This document shows positions 20,101 to 28,149 of a stretch of DNA of 39,334 bases, piece by piece. The notes under the pieces are model-generated. The model ran no database searches, was not told the origin of the DNA, and saw nothing but the letters and a program-made list of their open reading frames with translations. The stretch comes from a virus (taxonomy: Duplodnaviria; Caudoviricetes). Both the position numbers and the translations under genes were made by a program. The stretch is from the IMG/VR virus record IMGVR_UViG_3300044267_003466, positions 1 through 39,334 of that record. The stretch is one strand, 5' to 3'. Each line of letters begins with the position of its first letter. Positions within the stretch are counted from its first letter, which is position 1.

Positions 20101-23100
20101 AGTAAACAGAATCTGCATGTCCCTTTATAGCTACAGTTAAAGCATTAATTAATGCTTGCTGTGCATCTTTACTTCCTGATAATTTATTTACATAATTAAC
20201 ACCGACATTTAACTGTAAAACTCCATCAGTATTTATTACTTGTAATACATGTCCCTCTTTTCTTAACAATGCTTTTATCTCTGGGTCATTAATATATTTT
20301 CTTATAATTCCCTCAACATTATCTATACCTTCAGAGAAAACAGTGGAATCCCATTCTCTTTTTGTTGATTTATACGGTGCTATGGATATAGAACTGCTAC
20401 CTTCTGGTATTTTTGCAGACTTAGCGACAGGTACTCTTGGATATATAAAATCATTTCCTGTGAGTGTTCCTTCTATCTGTTGTCCAATTCTACTTTTTAG
20501 AGGACCCATTATGTCTTCTATGTCAGCATCATTAAGTCTTTGTGTTTTTAGTTTACGCATATCACTTCCTACAATTTCATCAAAAGCAAAGTCTGTCATG
20601 GTGTTACCATCTAAGAAAGAAGCCAAAAAGCTCTCTCCTACTTGTCCTGCAGGATTTACATTTAGTCTCATAGTCTTTATAACTTTCTCTATTTCGTCAT
20701 ATCCAAGACGTGTTATTTTTTCTTTTAGTTCAGGATTTCCTATTAATTCTGCTACTGAATCTATCTCATCATCAAATATTCTTGTAGCGAATAACTCCTC
20801 ACCCATGCTTCCTTTTACTTGTATTGATTTTGGTTTTTTAGGTAATTTAACTCTAAATCTTCCAACACCTAATGTTTCAGGCATACCTTTTAACGAAGCT
20901 AATAACGCAGGATGTCTAAATACACTTGGACCACCATTGAAAGCAATACGAACAGATTCCTCTCCTGGAACCCTCACAGCCAAGGCTAACCTCAACATCC
21001 ATGTAGGTTTTAATAACCTATTAACTAAATAGTCGCTATACACATACTCCAACATATTTTTCGGTGCTAAAGATGTTTTCCCTGTTTTGTAATTTTTTGT
21101 AAATCCTCTCTTAGGTAATTTAGCTTGTGTAAGTATTTTTTTAGTTAGTGAAACATCTGGTTTATTCCAAACATCAGATACTAACATTCTTAGTTTTGTT
21201 TGGTCTCTTCCAACAAGTCTTCTATGACTAGCTGCAGCTTTTGCTAGTTCTTGATAATCCATTAATGGTATGAAATGTTCTGCAAACTGTCCTATACCCA
21301 ATGGTGTTGGAAGGGCGTGATATTCATGTAATATTGTATCTGCATCTCTTCCTGCCTCAACTGCTTGTTCTATAGTTTCTTTAGTAATTTTTTCCCATTT
21401 GGTTCCTGGAAAAGCCATAGCATATCCATCTTTATCGTAATAGTATTTTCTTGTTGCCTGGTGTGTTGATGCTTGGACATTAACTACCTCAGTTAATATT
21501 TCTGCATCTACATCAGATATATCAGGGTTTTCTTTTTGAATGAATTTAACTATTTTTTTATTCATTTGTTGTACAACTTTTACTAAATCATCTCCTGTTT
21601 TTGCTGTTAATACTCCTGCAATAAACCTATCTCTTGATTCATTACTTTCCCCCATTGTCACTAACAGACCATCAATATTTTCTACTGTTTCTTGTAAGTA
21701 TTTAAGAGAAGCAAACTTACTAGGTGCTAACCTAAATAACCTAGCTGATTTAGGTAAAGCATTTCTTAATATACCCCCCATACCAACGACACCTGCGAAT
21801 GGGTCATTTTTCATTTTTCCTAATAAGGCACCTATTGTTTTTCTTAATGGTGCTATGTCTATACTTTCACCTGCAAATTTCTTAGCTAAAGTATCCGCCA
21901 AGTCTGATACAACCATTCTTCTCATTGGAAGTTTTGTCAAAGGAGTTTGAGCAGCAGCTTCAGCTATCTCTTTACCAACAAATTGTCCTGAGTACGGTGC
22001 AACCATTAAATCGGATAAATCACCATGTTTTAATAAGCTCTTAACAATCTCTTTCATAGATTCTTTATGTTTAACTTGAGCTAGTAATCTTAAAACCCCT
22101 GCATCTACTTTTTGAAATGTAGGTATGTCTCTTAATCTTGATACGGAATCATTTTTTGTTAAAGCATCTATAAAATCGTCACCCCATTTACTTTCTAATA
22201 TCTCTTCTGCAGTTTTACCGAATGTAAATTTTCTTGCTTCTTTACCTTTTTTTCCAGGTGATAATGTTCTCAGACTTCTTTTAATAAGGGGTGTATTCCT
22301 CACATAATCATCAACTGCAGCTCTTGATACTATTTTTTGTCCTGCAGTCTTAATTCCAGAACCATATCCTAAAAGCAAGTTAATTGGGTCTGCACCTAAC
22401 CTAAAAGCACCGTCAATAATCGTACTGGTTAAAGCATAAGAAATATCTCCTTCTTGACTAAATTGTCCTGCAACTATACGACCAGGAGATATAGGTATTC
22501 TTTCTCCAGATGGAGTCGTGTATTTATATCTATACTCGTCTCTTTCAAATTCTTCGGTGATTGGTGTTCCATACACTTGTCTGGCTCTTTCATAGGCTTC
22601 TGTAGGACTACTACCTAGCTTTAATTCTTTTCTGTATGTATCAGTATCTTCTAAAGGAACAGATTGAGGTGCTATACCTGAACCTAAATTAATAGGATTA
22701 CCTGCTTTCATCTCATCTCTTACCCTTCTAAACTCAGTATCTCCATAAGACTCTTTTGTTTGTTTCCATACATCAGTAAATTCTTGTCCAAACATTGAAG
22801 TTCTAGCTGCTTCACTCATAGCTTCTCCTGGTATCAATGCAGTTCCTAAATTACCTAAAACAGCTTTTGATAAAGGAGTTTGTGTTTCTTGAGCTGCTAC
22901 TACAGTAGATTTGAAGTTTTGTGATATATCTTGAAAAGGTGCATCTAAAGCTAAGAAGCTAAGTTGTGTTGCTCTCTTGAGAGGATTAACTTTTTGTTGC
23001 CTAATGCTTCTTTGTTGTTTCTCTAAAGCCTTTTGTTGTCTTTGAGCAAGTCGTAAAGTAGTATCATCATCAGCATCAAGTCCTGATAACGCACCATAAA

Positions 23101-23275
23101 CAGCAATCCTTTTATCTAGAGTTGGATAACTATGTGAAATATTAGCTATTCTCTCAGCTACATCAGAAGATATGTTTCTTCTAAATTGATTTATTTCATT
23201 TTTATTAGCTTGGTTGCTTTCAGCTATTGCTTCCTTTAGCAACGAAGGTGCGAAGAACTGTACCCTGTAATCCAT
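17126..23275 (-). CDS. Giant (2049 aa) putative internal virion/ejection protein
   Basis: Size, helical composition and a DPINLLLG motif common in large podovirus ejected proteins. Lies downstream of the portal. Confidence 0.55.
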   Translation of the reverse strand: MDYRVQFFAPSLLKEAIAESNQANKNEINQFRRNISSDVAERIANISHSYPTLDKRIAVYGALSGLDADDDTTLRLAQRQQKALEKQQRSIRQQKVNPLKRATQLSFLALDAPFQDISQNFKSTVVAAQETQTPLSKAVLGNLGTALIPGEAMSEAARTSMFGQEFTDVWKQTKESYGDTEFRRVRDEMKAGNPINLGSGIAPQSVPLEDTDTYRKELKLGSSPTEAYERARQVYGTPITEEFERDEYRYKYTTPSGERIPISPGRIVAGQFSQEGDISYALTSTIIDGAFRLGADPINLLLGYGSGIKTAGQKIVSRAAVDDYVRNTPLIKRSLRTLSPGKKGKEARKFTFGKTAEEILESKWGDDFIDALTKNDSVSRLRDIPTFQKVDAGVLRLLAQVKHKESMKEIVKSLLKHGDLSDLMVAPYSGQFVGKEIAEAAAQTPLTKLPMRRMVVSDLADTLAKKFAGESIDIAPLRKTIGALLGKMKNDPFAGVVGMGGILRNALPKSARLFRLAPSKFASLKYLQETVENIDGLLVTMGESNESRDRFIAGVLTAKTGDDLVKVVQQMNKKIVKFIQKENPDISDVDAEILTEVVNVQASTHQATRKYYYDKDGYAMAFPGTKWEKITKETIEQAVEAGRDADTILHEYHALPTPLGIGQFAEHFIPLMDYQELAKAAASHRRLVGRDQTKLRMLVSDVWNKPDVSLTKKILTQAKLPKRGFTKNYKTGKTSLAPKNMLEYVYSDYLVNRLLKPTWMLRLALAVRVPGEESVRIAFNGGPSVFRHPALLASLKGMPETLGVGRFRVKLPKKPKSIQVKGSMGEELFATRIFDDEIDSVAELIGNPELKEKITRLGYDEIEKVIKTMRLNVNPAGQVGESFLASFLDGNTMTDFAFDEIVGSDMRKLKTQRLNDADIEDIMGPLKSRIGQQIEGTLTGNDFIYPRVPVAKSAKIPEGSSSISIAPYKSTKREWDSTVFSEGIDNVEGIIRKYINDPEIKALLRKEGHVLQVINTDGVLQLNVGVNYVNKLSGSKDAQQALINALTVAIKGHADSVYLDDSVVKLIASDSPINNLLTPTRDSSIWKLKVYNKSVGDVIDMDTQVHREILEYMFDSNFRTARAIISKKGGYAQAAPSGSFFNADNYYKQAMAESTLMKRFRPNSSNRGDLVDYDMAWKTDAEGNVTDDFWSGWIHDMINRASDPLYVVVARDGVDGALEYFTKTSQGKRYIDDLIRNSDDPQIRQKYLSTEEGIRRWLESAQYEIARLQGNNTRKIFGSNNRPISEAQARQIMFKEGGEILFPRYEADLSESSKKIKDFIADGGFLEGEDWLELAEKWSVANSSNQKYQKNFMNKMKKLFKEEIQVLGFGPKRQAFNRNPQFTSMGEATGSVIQKWDDMIGTGYSNLLAKPSDYLNRDPLFRWSFYTLAEDIIPLMTDDVKKEFLVGAKPWVEGSSLWDDLVRASKIPEGENSVTSLEQAETLLKYKAMEEVKNVLYASSDRHVLSDVMSTYVPFPEIWQEVFKTWGKLLVENPAKFNRTRIAIDRGKEAKPWDTDNAFFETDPVTGELMFNYIDVMNVMTFGITTIPGQLGFRPLQSGLLGEDLTDEGVRVKPYGFLEGLNLIAANGFSPGFGPIVTVPYKVFSKLLTFPRFMSDFLLGNFNQPGGSTNLLDELPGYAKSFLMKNPFAKGTTEEIDASYAKTVMDIYMLYYYAGKWDPEDEESMKIALQEAEAVAAKHWRIRGLAQWAFPTAIQPRYQVEDKNGTWWGIEVLSEQYQKMLESNDYDYYVTTQQFIHKYGLNPIPLRQTKSTKKGRYPVRVESYEHWQKKENKALMENFPQTAIYTKMDSWDDEFSYPAYLEGSDLLTKNDYKLAISQSLLKFELEEFKEQLVKDRTLNDNTRQEKYTAERERLEKSYGVISYGNIGVAVSRAAFEQRLIEFGQWENEPLLRSSPEYIPLQLYLNKRDEAIDVLLNGGEFEGVVVGRGGVPNKKARNLKGTNEYTVDVRIALDKFARELAREYGDTNFIDIYLGNFWEELDNRRYEKDF

Positions 23276-23670
23276 TATGATTCAAGTAATTCATCCCAAA
23301 TAGGGTCTGGAAATTGTTCCCTGGCAGCCCATATAAAATTATCTACGGTATCAGTTGGTATTAGATTAGCACCATTATCACCTGGACCTAAAGGTATCCC
23401 TGAAGTATTAGGCTCACTAATATTTTGTGTTGGTCCTCCTAAATTAATAGGTGACATACCCCTTATATTTGGCATACCGCCTGCAGCAGGCATACCTTCT
23501 TGAACTGGGCTTATTGCACCTGCCTGTTCAGACAATGCTTTTGATTGACCTGTTGGGTCTCCTTCTTTTCTTGGAGGAGCAACAATGTCAGCGTAAGCAC
23601 CTCCACCTGTCATATCTGTTGCTTCTTTTAATCCTTTAGATTTTCTTCCTCTATTGTATTTAGTCGCCAT
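23275..23670 (-). CDS. Hypothetical Pro/Gly-rich virion protein
   Basis: 131 aa with an EPNTSGIPLGPG motif and AGGGA SD. Confidence 0.6.
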   Translation of the reverse strand: MATKYNRGRKSKGLKEATDMTGGGAYADIVAPPRKEGDPTGQSKALSEQAGAISPVQEGMPAAGGMPNIRGMSPINLGGPTQNISEPNTSGIPLGPGDNGANLIPTDTVDNFIWAAREQFPDPIWDELLES

Positions 23671-23875
23671 AAATATCCCTTCCTAAGTCTGGGTTGTATT
23701 CATATCCAACGTCAATATGTAAAAAATAGTTAGGAAGAGGAGTTGGAAGTAAGTAAGTTGCTATAAGCATCCTACTTTCTAAAGGAATGTTATCTCCTGT
23801 AAATATCTCTTCTGATGACCAATCTTCCTGGTTAATCATGTCCATAAACTTTTCTAATACTTCTTGTTCATCCAC
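23660..23875 (-). CDS. Hypothetical protein (71 aa)
   Basis: Overlaps the portal stop and the next start. Confidence 0.6.
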   Translation of the reverse strand: MDEQEVLEKFMDMINQEDWSSEEIFTGDNIPLESRMLIATYLLPTPLPNYFLHIDVGYEYNPDLGRDIYGD

Positions 23876-25625
23876 CTGGAGGTCCTCCTTGCTGTCCTAA
23901 AGTTCCTAACACTTGGTCAATACCTGGTAATCCTCCTCCAGGTCCCATAGGCATTTGAGGTCCACCCATTCCCATCATTGCCAACTCTTCAGGTGTTGGC
24001 TCTTCTCCTTGTGCTGTATAGTATTTATCTAATATCTCTGACATTTTATGAGGATTTTTTCTTATCTCTATAGCTGCCATTGTTGCTTGAGGATTTCCTT
24101 CTGCAGCTTGAGCCATAAGAGATTCAAACAATACTGTCTCTGCTTTTTCTGCATTTATTCTTTGTTGAATAGCAGTTATATTTTCTAAACCATCAAGATT
24201 TTCTTGTAAGGTTTGTGTATCTATAATACCCTGTTGTTTTAATTGCAGTCCTGTTATTACTTTCTGTGGTTCATCAAACCCTGCCATAACTCCATACACT
24301 CGTCTTGTTGTGTACATTTCTGCTATGTCAGTTTCAGGAGTATAAGATTCTTTGAACGCAGTACCTTTTAAGTATCCTGCTATTGGTTTTCTTTTCTTTC
24401 CAAACAAAGCAACATCATACTCTAATCTTTTAGCATCTACTTCCTGTAAAGCGTCAGATATAACTGATTGATATTCTCTTACGTGCATAGATGCAGATTG
24501 ACCTAGTTCTTCCAGACCTCTTCCAGTCACAAAGGAGTTCGGAGATTGACCATCATCAGAGACAGGATAAGCAGAACCTAATCGTAAATGTCTTTCTAAT
24601 CTATCCACCTGTTGAAATAATTGATATGGGAGATTGTTTACAGGTTTCTGTACTTGAGAACCTGGTGTCAAATAGTTTACAGCAAATCTGCCTTTCCTAT
24701 ATTTACCTGATTCTATTTCACCAATAATATTGGTCTCTGTAAACACAGCATCTTCCATAGCAATTGTTCCGAGAATATTAATTTTAGCCATATTAGCCAT
24801 AAGTCCGATAATGTGATGGAATTGACTTTGCATCTGGTCAAATGAAAATCTCTTAGCAACAACAAAACAAGGACCACTTTTTAATGGGTTAGGCATAAAG
24901 TCTATAATTTTTTTATTTTCTGGAAGAAAAACATACGTTCCTTCTTTGTCCATGTATTCAACAACCACCTTGCCTTGTCCACTGGAATTAGCCCAAGACT
25001 CACTACGTTCTGTATATACCATTCCAAGTGCTGATTGTTGTGCATCTTCAGTATCGTATATTATTGATTTAGCACTTGGATATTGTTTTGCTAAAACTTC
25101 ATGTGGTACTTGCTGTATAATTGCAAGTTCTTCAGGTTGTTGGTCGTTGCCGAAATAACCAGGATAACATTTGAAAGGGTCTCTTAATTTTGCACAAGGA
25201 TATGGTTCTCCGTTTATTTCTTCATAGCCTATAACCCAGACTGCAAAACCATAACCTGGCATCCATCTACCAACTTGAGGTAATTGTAAATGTAGTTTTT
25301 GATTTTTGTCTAAAGCATGAACTATTCTCTCTAGTTTTTCTGCTTTCTTTTTACTTCTCTCTGAATCTTTTTCATTAAAAACATCAATTTTCAAATCAGG
25401 AGTTCTGCCTAATTTCTGTGCAAATCTATCTAAAGCAGATAGCATCAAGTTAGGTGCAGGTAGTTCTGCAAACTCTAATCCTGACTTCTCACCCAATAGT
25501 GCTTTCACACCATTTTGTCCACCATTCAATATATCTCTTATTCTACTCCTATCAATAGCAGCATCTTGATTCATGTTCCTCAAAGTTGCTACTTTGTGAA
25601 AAAGTTCTTCTCCTGTGTATGGCAA
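23868..25625 (-). CDS. Portal protein
   Basis: 585 aa directly after the terminase, TTG start with GGAG SD. Helical C-terminal half and Gly/Pro/Met tail typical of podoviral portals. Confidence 0.8.
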   Translation of the reverse strand: MPYTGEELFHKVATLRNMNQDAAIDRSRIRDILNGGQNGVKALLGEKSGLEFAELPAPNLMLSALDRFAQKLGRTPDLKIDVFNEKDSERSKKKAEKLERIVHALDKNQKLHLQLPQVGRWMPGYGFAVWVIGYEEINGEPYPCAKLRDPFKCYPGYFGNDQQPEELAIIQQVPHEVLAKQYPSAKSIIYDTEDAQQSALGMVYTERSESWANSSGQGKVVVEYMDKEGTYVFLPENKKIIDFMPNPLKSGPCFVVAKRFSFDQMQSQFHHIIGLMANMAKINILGTIAMEDAVFTETNIIGEIESGKYRKGRFAVNYLTPGSQVQKPVNNLPYQLFQQVDRLERHLRLGSAYPVSDDGQSPNSFVTGRGLEELGQSASMHVREYQSVISDALQEVDAKRLEYDVALFGKKRKPIAGYLKGTAFKESYTPETDIAEMYTTRRVYGVMAGFDEPQKVITGLQLKQQGIIDTQTLQENLDGLENITAIQQRINAEKAETVLFESLMAQAAEGNPQATMAAIEIRKNPHKMSEILDKYYTAQGEEPTPEELAMMGMGGPQMPMGPGGGLPGIDQVLGTLGQQGGPPGG

Positions 25626-25626
25626 T

Positions 25627-27561
25627 TTATCTCCAAATATCGCTATCTATATTACTTACTTCATAATTAGTATAGCTTGGTTTGTAGTCGGTACCTAGTT
25701 CTGCGAGACGTTCTTTTTGTAAACGCCTTACTGCCCTCATAGGAAACCAACTAGCCATAACTATATCAGTTTTTGTACCAATTGTCTTGGACTTATTTTT
25801 TGCACTAGAGAAGTACACTAACTGGCTTGTTAGAAGATTTACTTTCTCCTGTGCATCTAAAGTCTGGTACGGTAAGTCTATAAGTTGTTCTTGGTATAAA
25901 GGTCGCATTGCAGTAACACCATAAACAGGGTCAAATTTATTTGCGTATGTTTCATGTCCTTCCAGGAAGATACCATGACTTGATGCAAACTCTCTTATGC
26001 TTCTATCTTGTCTAATAGCTTTCTGGAAACCATTCTCTTCTATAACCCAATGGGAACAATTGTATTTTAGAAACCACTCTTTAATCATGTCTAGTGCTTG
26101 AGGTATCCCTCCACCTAGACTATTATTCATATCCACCATGTACATGATATTATTCCCTCTTTCATAAGCCCATAAAAACGCAGCTTGGTACCCTGTTGAG
26201 GCAGGGTCTAATCCTGCAATAAGTTGAGAATGAGGAGGTATATGTCCTATGGCTCTTCTTTGATTTCTACATGCCTCAATCTCTTCTCTATCAAATAGGG
26301 ATAGTCCATCAGGCATAGCTACATTAAGATACACCATTTCATATATGGCTCTACCTCCTGTAGTTTCTGCTGCTCTCTTTCTATCCATTAACCAATTAAA
26401 ACTTCTCTTACCTTCCCACAACATACACTCTTGATGTTCTTCTTCGTTCCATTCAGGTAACGTACACCCTGTATCATGTGCCTCTTCTACTATTGTTTTC
26501 CAAGATTCATTATCTAAAAGATGGTGGTATAAATCATCATGGTGCTGTCTAGAGCCTATAACTATTACGGCAGTATGGTCTTCTTTACGACTTGACAATG
26601 TAGTTGTCCACCAATTTCTAGTGTTCTCTCGTGAAGCAGGTTGCATAGTAGAACTGTGGTCTTCGACATCATCACAGATAATGAGGTCACAATCTCTTGA
26701 AAGAATTTTTCCACCTCTTCCAAGCCCAACAATCGTAGGTGATTTAATACCAGACACAGTACGAGTAGCCACGGTAAACTGATTTTGTGTCCAGGTCTTA
26801 CCAGTTCTAGACGTTGGCTTAAAACTTCTACCAGGTCCGCAGATTTCCTCAATAAGAAGCTCATTGTTTTCGAGAGTGTCGAGTACAGCACCAACGCTAT
26901 TCTTAGAAATCTCCTCATTTCCACCTACCCATAAAATTCTTATATTTGGATTTTTGCAAATCAACCATACGGTGAAATGTATTAGTAGCTCTGTCTTGCC
27001 ATGACGAGGAGGTGACAGTATCATTTGTTGTCCACCTTCGTCTAATGATTCTAAAAGTGCGTCTATCCACTTTAGATGAAATTTGGGAGTTTCGTATGGT
27101 AAACCTTGTTCTGTTAGGAAATATCTGTCTCTGAATTTTGAGAAGTCTTTGAGTGTCTCTGCTGCGACAGGAGGTAGTGACCAGGTATCCTGAGCCTGCT
27201 TAATCTGTTTATCTTCCAGGAAAGCAGAATACGCCATTGATACTGCTCCAGAAGTTGTTTTAAGGAGCTTAGCAACATCAGCGATTGTGTTCTTCTTATC
27301 AAGAATATCTTGTGCCAGACCTGACTCGACAATATCCTTATAGACCGTTCCTCTACGGCTCTGTACGTTTCTCTTAGCTTCAATCTCGCTAGGAATAGTA
27401 AGTGTCTCTTCATCCTGTTTCCACTCTTTTCCTATTTTAGCAGCTCTTTTTTTCTGCATGTGTATTCTATTAGAACACTTGTCACTGCAAAACTTCCTAC
27501 GTCCCCTGGGGAGTAGTCTTTTGCAACCTGCTGCAAAGCAGATTTTACGATTTTCTGTCAT
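25627..27561 (-). CDS. terL: Terminase large subunit with N-terminal zinc finger/HTH extension
   Basis: Walker A PPRHGKT, Walker B LIICDD, coupling motif IGSR, and nuclease motifs GLDPA, IEENGFQ and TDIVMA. Confidence 0.93.
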   Translation of the reverse strand: MTENRKICFAAGCKRLLPRGRRKFCSDKCSNRIHMQKKRAAKIGKEWKQDEETLTIPSEIEAKRNVQSRRGTVYKDIVESGLAQDILDKKNTIADVAKLLKTTSGAVSMAYSAFLEDKQIKQAQDTWSLPPVAAETLKDFSKFRDRYFLTEQGLPYETPKFHLKWIDALLESLDEGGQQMILSPPRHGKTELLIHFTVWLICKNPNIRILWVGGNEEISKNSVGAVLDTLENNELLIEEICGPGRSFKPTSRTGKTWTQNQFTVATRTVSGIKSPTIVGLGRGGKILSRDCDLIICDDVEDHSSTMQPASRENTRNWWTTTLSSRKEDHTAVIVIGSRQHHDDLYHHLLDNESWKTIVEEAHDTGCTLPEWNEEEHQECMLWEGKRSFNWLMDRKRAAETTGGRAIYEMVYLNVAMPDGLSLFDREEIEACRNQRRAIGHIPPHSQLIAGLDPASTGYQAAFLWAYERGNNIMYMVDMNNSLGGGIPQALDMIKEWFLKYNCSHWVIEENGFQKAIRQDRSIREFASSHGIFLEGHETYANKFDPVYGVTAMRPLYQEQLIDLPYQTLDAQEKVNLLTSQLVYFSSAKNKSKTIGTKTDIVMASWFPMRAVRRLQKERLAELGTDYKPSYTNYEVSNIDSDIWR

Positions 27562-27563
27562 AA

Positions 27564-27626
27564 CTATCTTCTAGATTTTCTTTTAGAAGGATAGCGTTTC
27601 TTTTTTCCTGTTTTTGTATAAGGCAT
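27564..27626 (-). CDS. 20-aa highly basic micropeptide
   Basis: MPYTKTGKKKRYPSKRKSRR. Stops 2 nt before the terL ATG; TG-T-TATAGT lies 6 nt upstream of its ATG, suggesting a leaderless transcript. Confidence 0.6.
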   Translation of the reverse strand: MPYTKTGKKKRYPSKRKSRR

Positions 27627-27632
27627 ATACAT

Positions 27633-27641
27633 ACTATAACA
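27633..27641 (-). promoter_or_regulatory. Extended -10 promoter for the packaging operon (leaderless)
   Basis: Minus strand TGTTATAGT with an A/T tract upstream. Confidence 0.5.
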
Positions 27642-27693
27642 TAGGTGGCTAAAAAAAAATTTTTTCTAATCAGTATGATAACCGTCCCTAAAG

Positions 27694-27765
27694 TGGAGGT
27701 GGCAGGAATTGAACCTGCGTTAATCCTTGGCAGTTGCCTGTCAAAAATCTAACCTGGTCACCCCC
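27694..27765 (-). ncRNA. Minimal tmRNA-like RNA (tRNA-like domain only, alanine identity, no tag reading frame)
   Basis: GGGGGTG-ACCAGGTTAG-ATTTTTGACAG-GCAA-CTGCCAAGGAT-TAAC-GCAGG-TTCAATT-CCTGC-CACCTCC-A: 7-bp acceptor stem with G3.U70, A73, canonical T-arm, no D-stem, and a GNRA hairpin in place of an anticodon arm or mRNA-like domain. Confidence 0.8.
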
Positions 27766-27772
27766 ATTTTAG

Positions 27773-27806
27773 AGCCAACCCTCTATTGCTAGAGGGCAGA
27801 TTGGTT
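27773..27806 (-). other. GNRA-capped hairpin 5' of the tmRNA-like RNA
   Basis: CCCTCTA-GCAA-TAGAGGG, extended by CCAA/TTGG. Confidence 0.7.
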
Positions 27807-27862
27807 ATCGTACTGAAAGGAGGCTAAACAAAGGATAGAAATCCTAGAATTTAGTTAATTTG

Positions 27863-27891
27863 ATTTTAGTCATGGTTCTGGTAATATACAA
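27863..27891 (-). promoter_or_regulatory. Sigma70-type promoter for the tmRNA-like transcript
   Basis: TTGTAT-N17-TAAAAT on the minus strand, about 100 nt upstream of the acceptor stem. Confidence 0.6.
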
Positions 27892-28103
27892 GTTATTAAA
27901 TAGTGTTATTTAATTAGGTAGTACAGGTGAAGAGGACATCAGGAGTACAAAAGGTTGGAATCGGTAATACGATACAGTAGAAACACAAACCAACTACCCG
28001 AGGCTACCGAAAGAATTTCACTCATATTTCTTTTTTAGGGTCTTCCCTATAAGCCTGTTATGGAAAAATCCCTCAGGAGCAGTTAAGCAAGCATATAATA
28101 GAT

Positions 28104-28149
28104 ACACTATATGGTACATACCACATGTAGTACCACTATATGTAGTACC
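28104..28149. repeat. Tandem NrdR-box-like repeats
   Basis: CACTATATG occurs twice and ATGTAGTACC twice. CCACTATATGTAGT resembles the NrdR box consensus acaCwAtATaTwGtg. Confidence 0.45.

Noticed and set aside
20343-21032. 229-aa plus-strand ORF and the other antisense ORFs in the track
   Set aside because: They are shadows of long genes on the opposite strand, Ser/Ile/Phe-rich, with no RBS or recognisable motifs.
27651-27665. A9/T6 run as terminator of the tmRNA-like RNA
   Set aside because: No GC-rich stem precedes it; it is equally explained as an upstream element of the terL-operon promoter.
27694-27765. Ordinary tRNA-Ala gene
   Set aside because: No D-stem and no 7-nt anticodon loop; the arm ends in a GCAA tetraloop.
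27694-27765. attP remnant of host ssrA, or a permuted two-piece tmRNA
   Set aside because: Both acceptor strands are present in standard order, joined by a paired hairpin and with their own promoter. No integrase or tag ORF is seen in the window. Not fully excluded without the host sequence.
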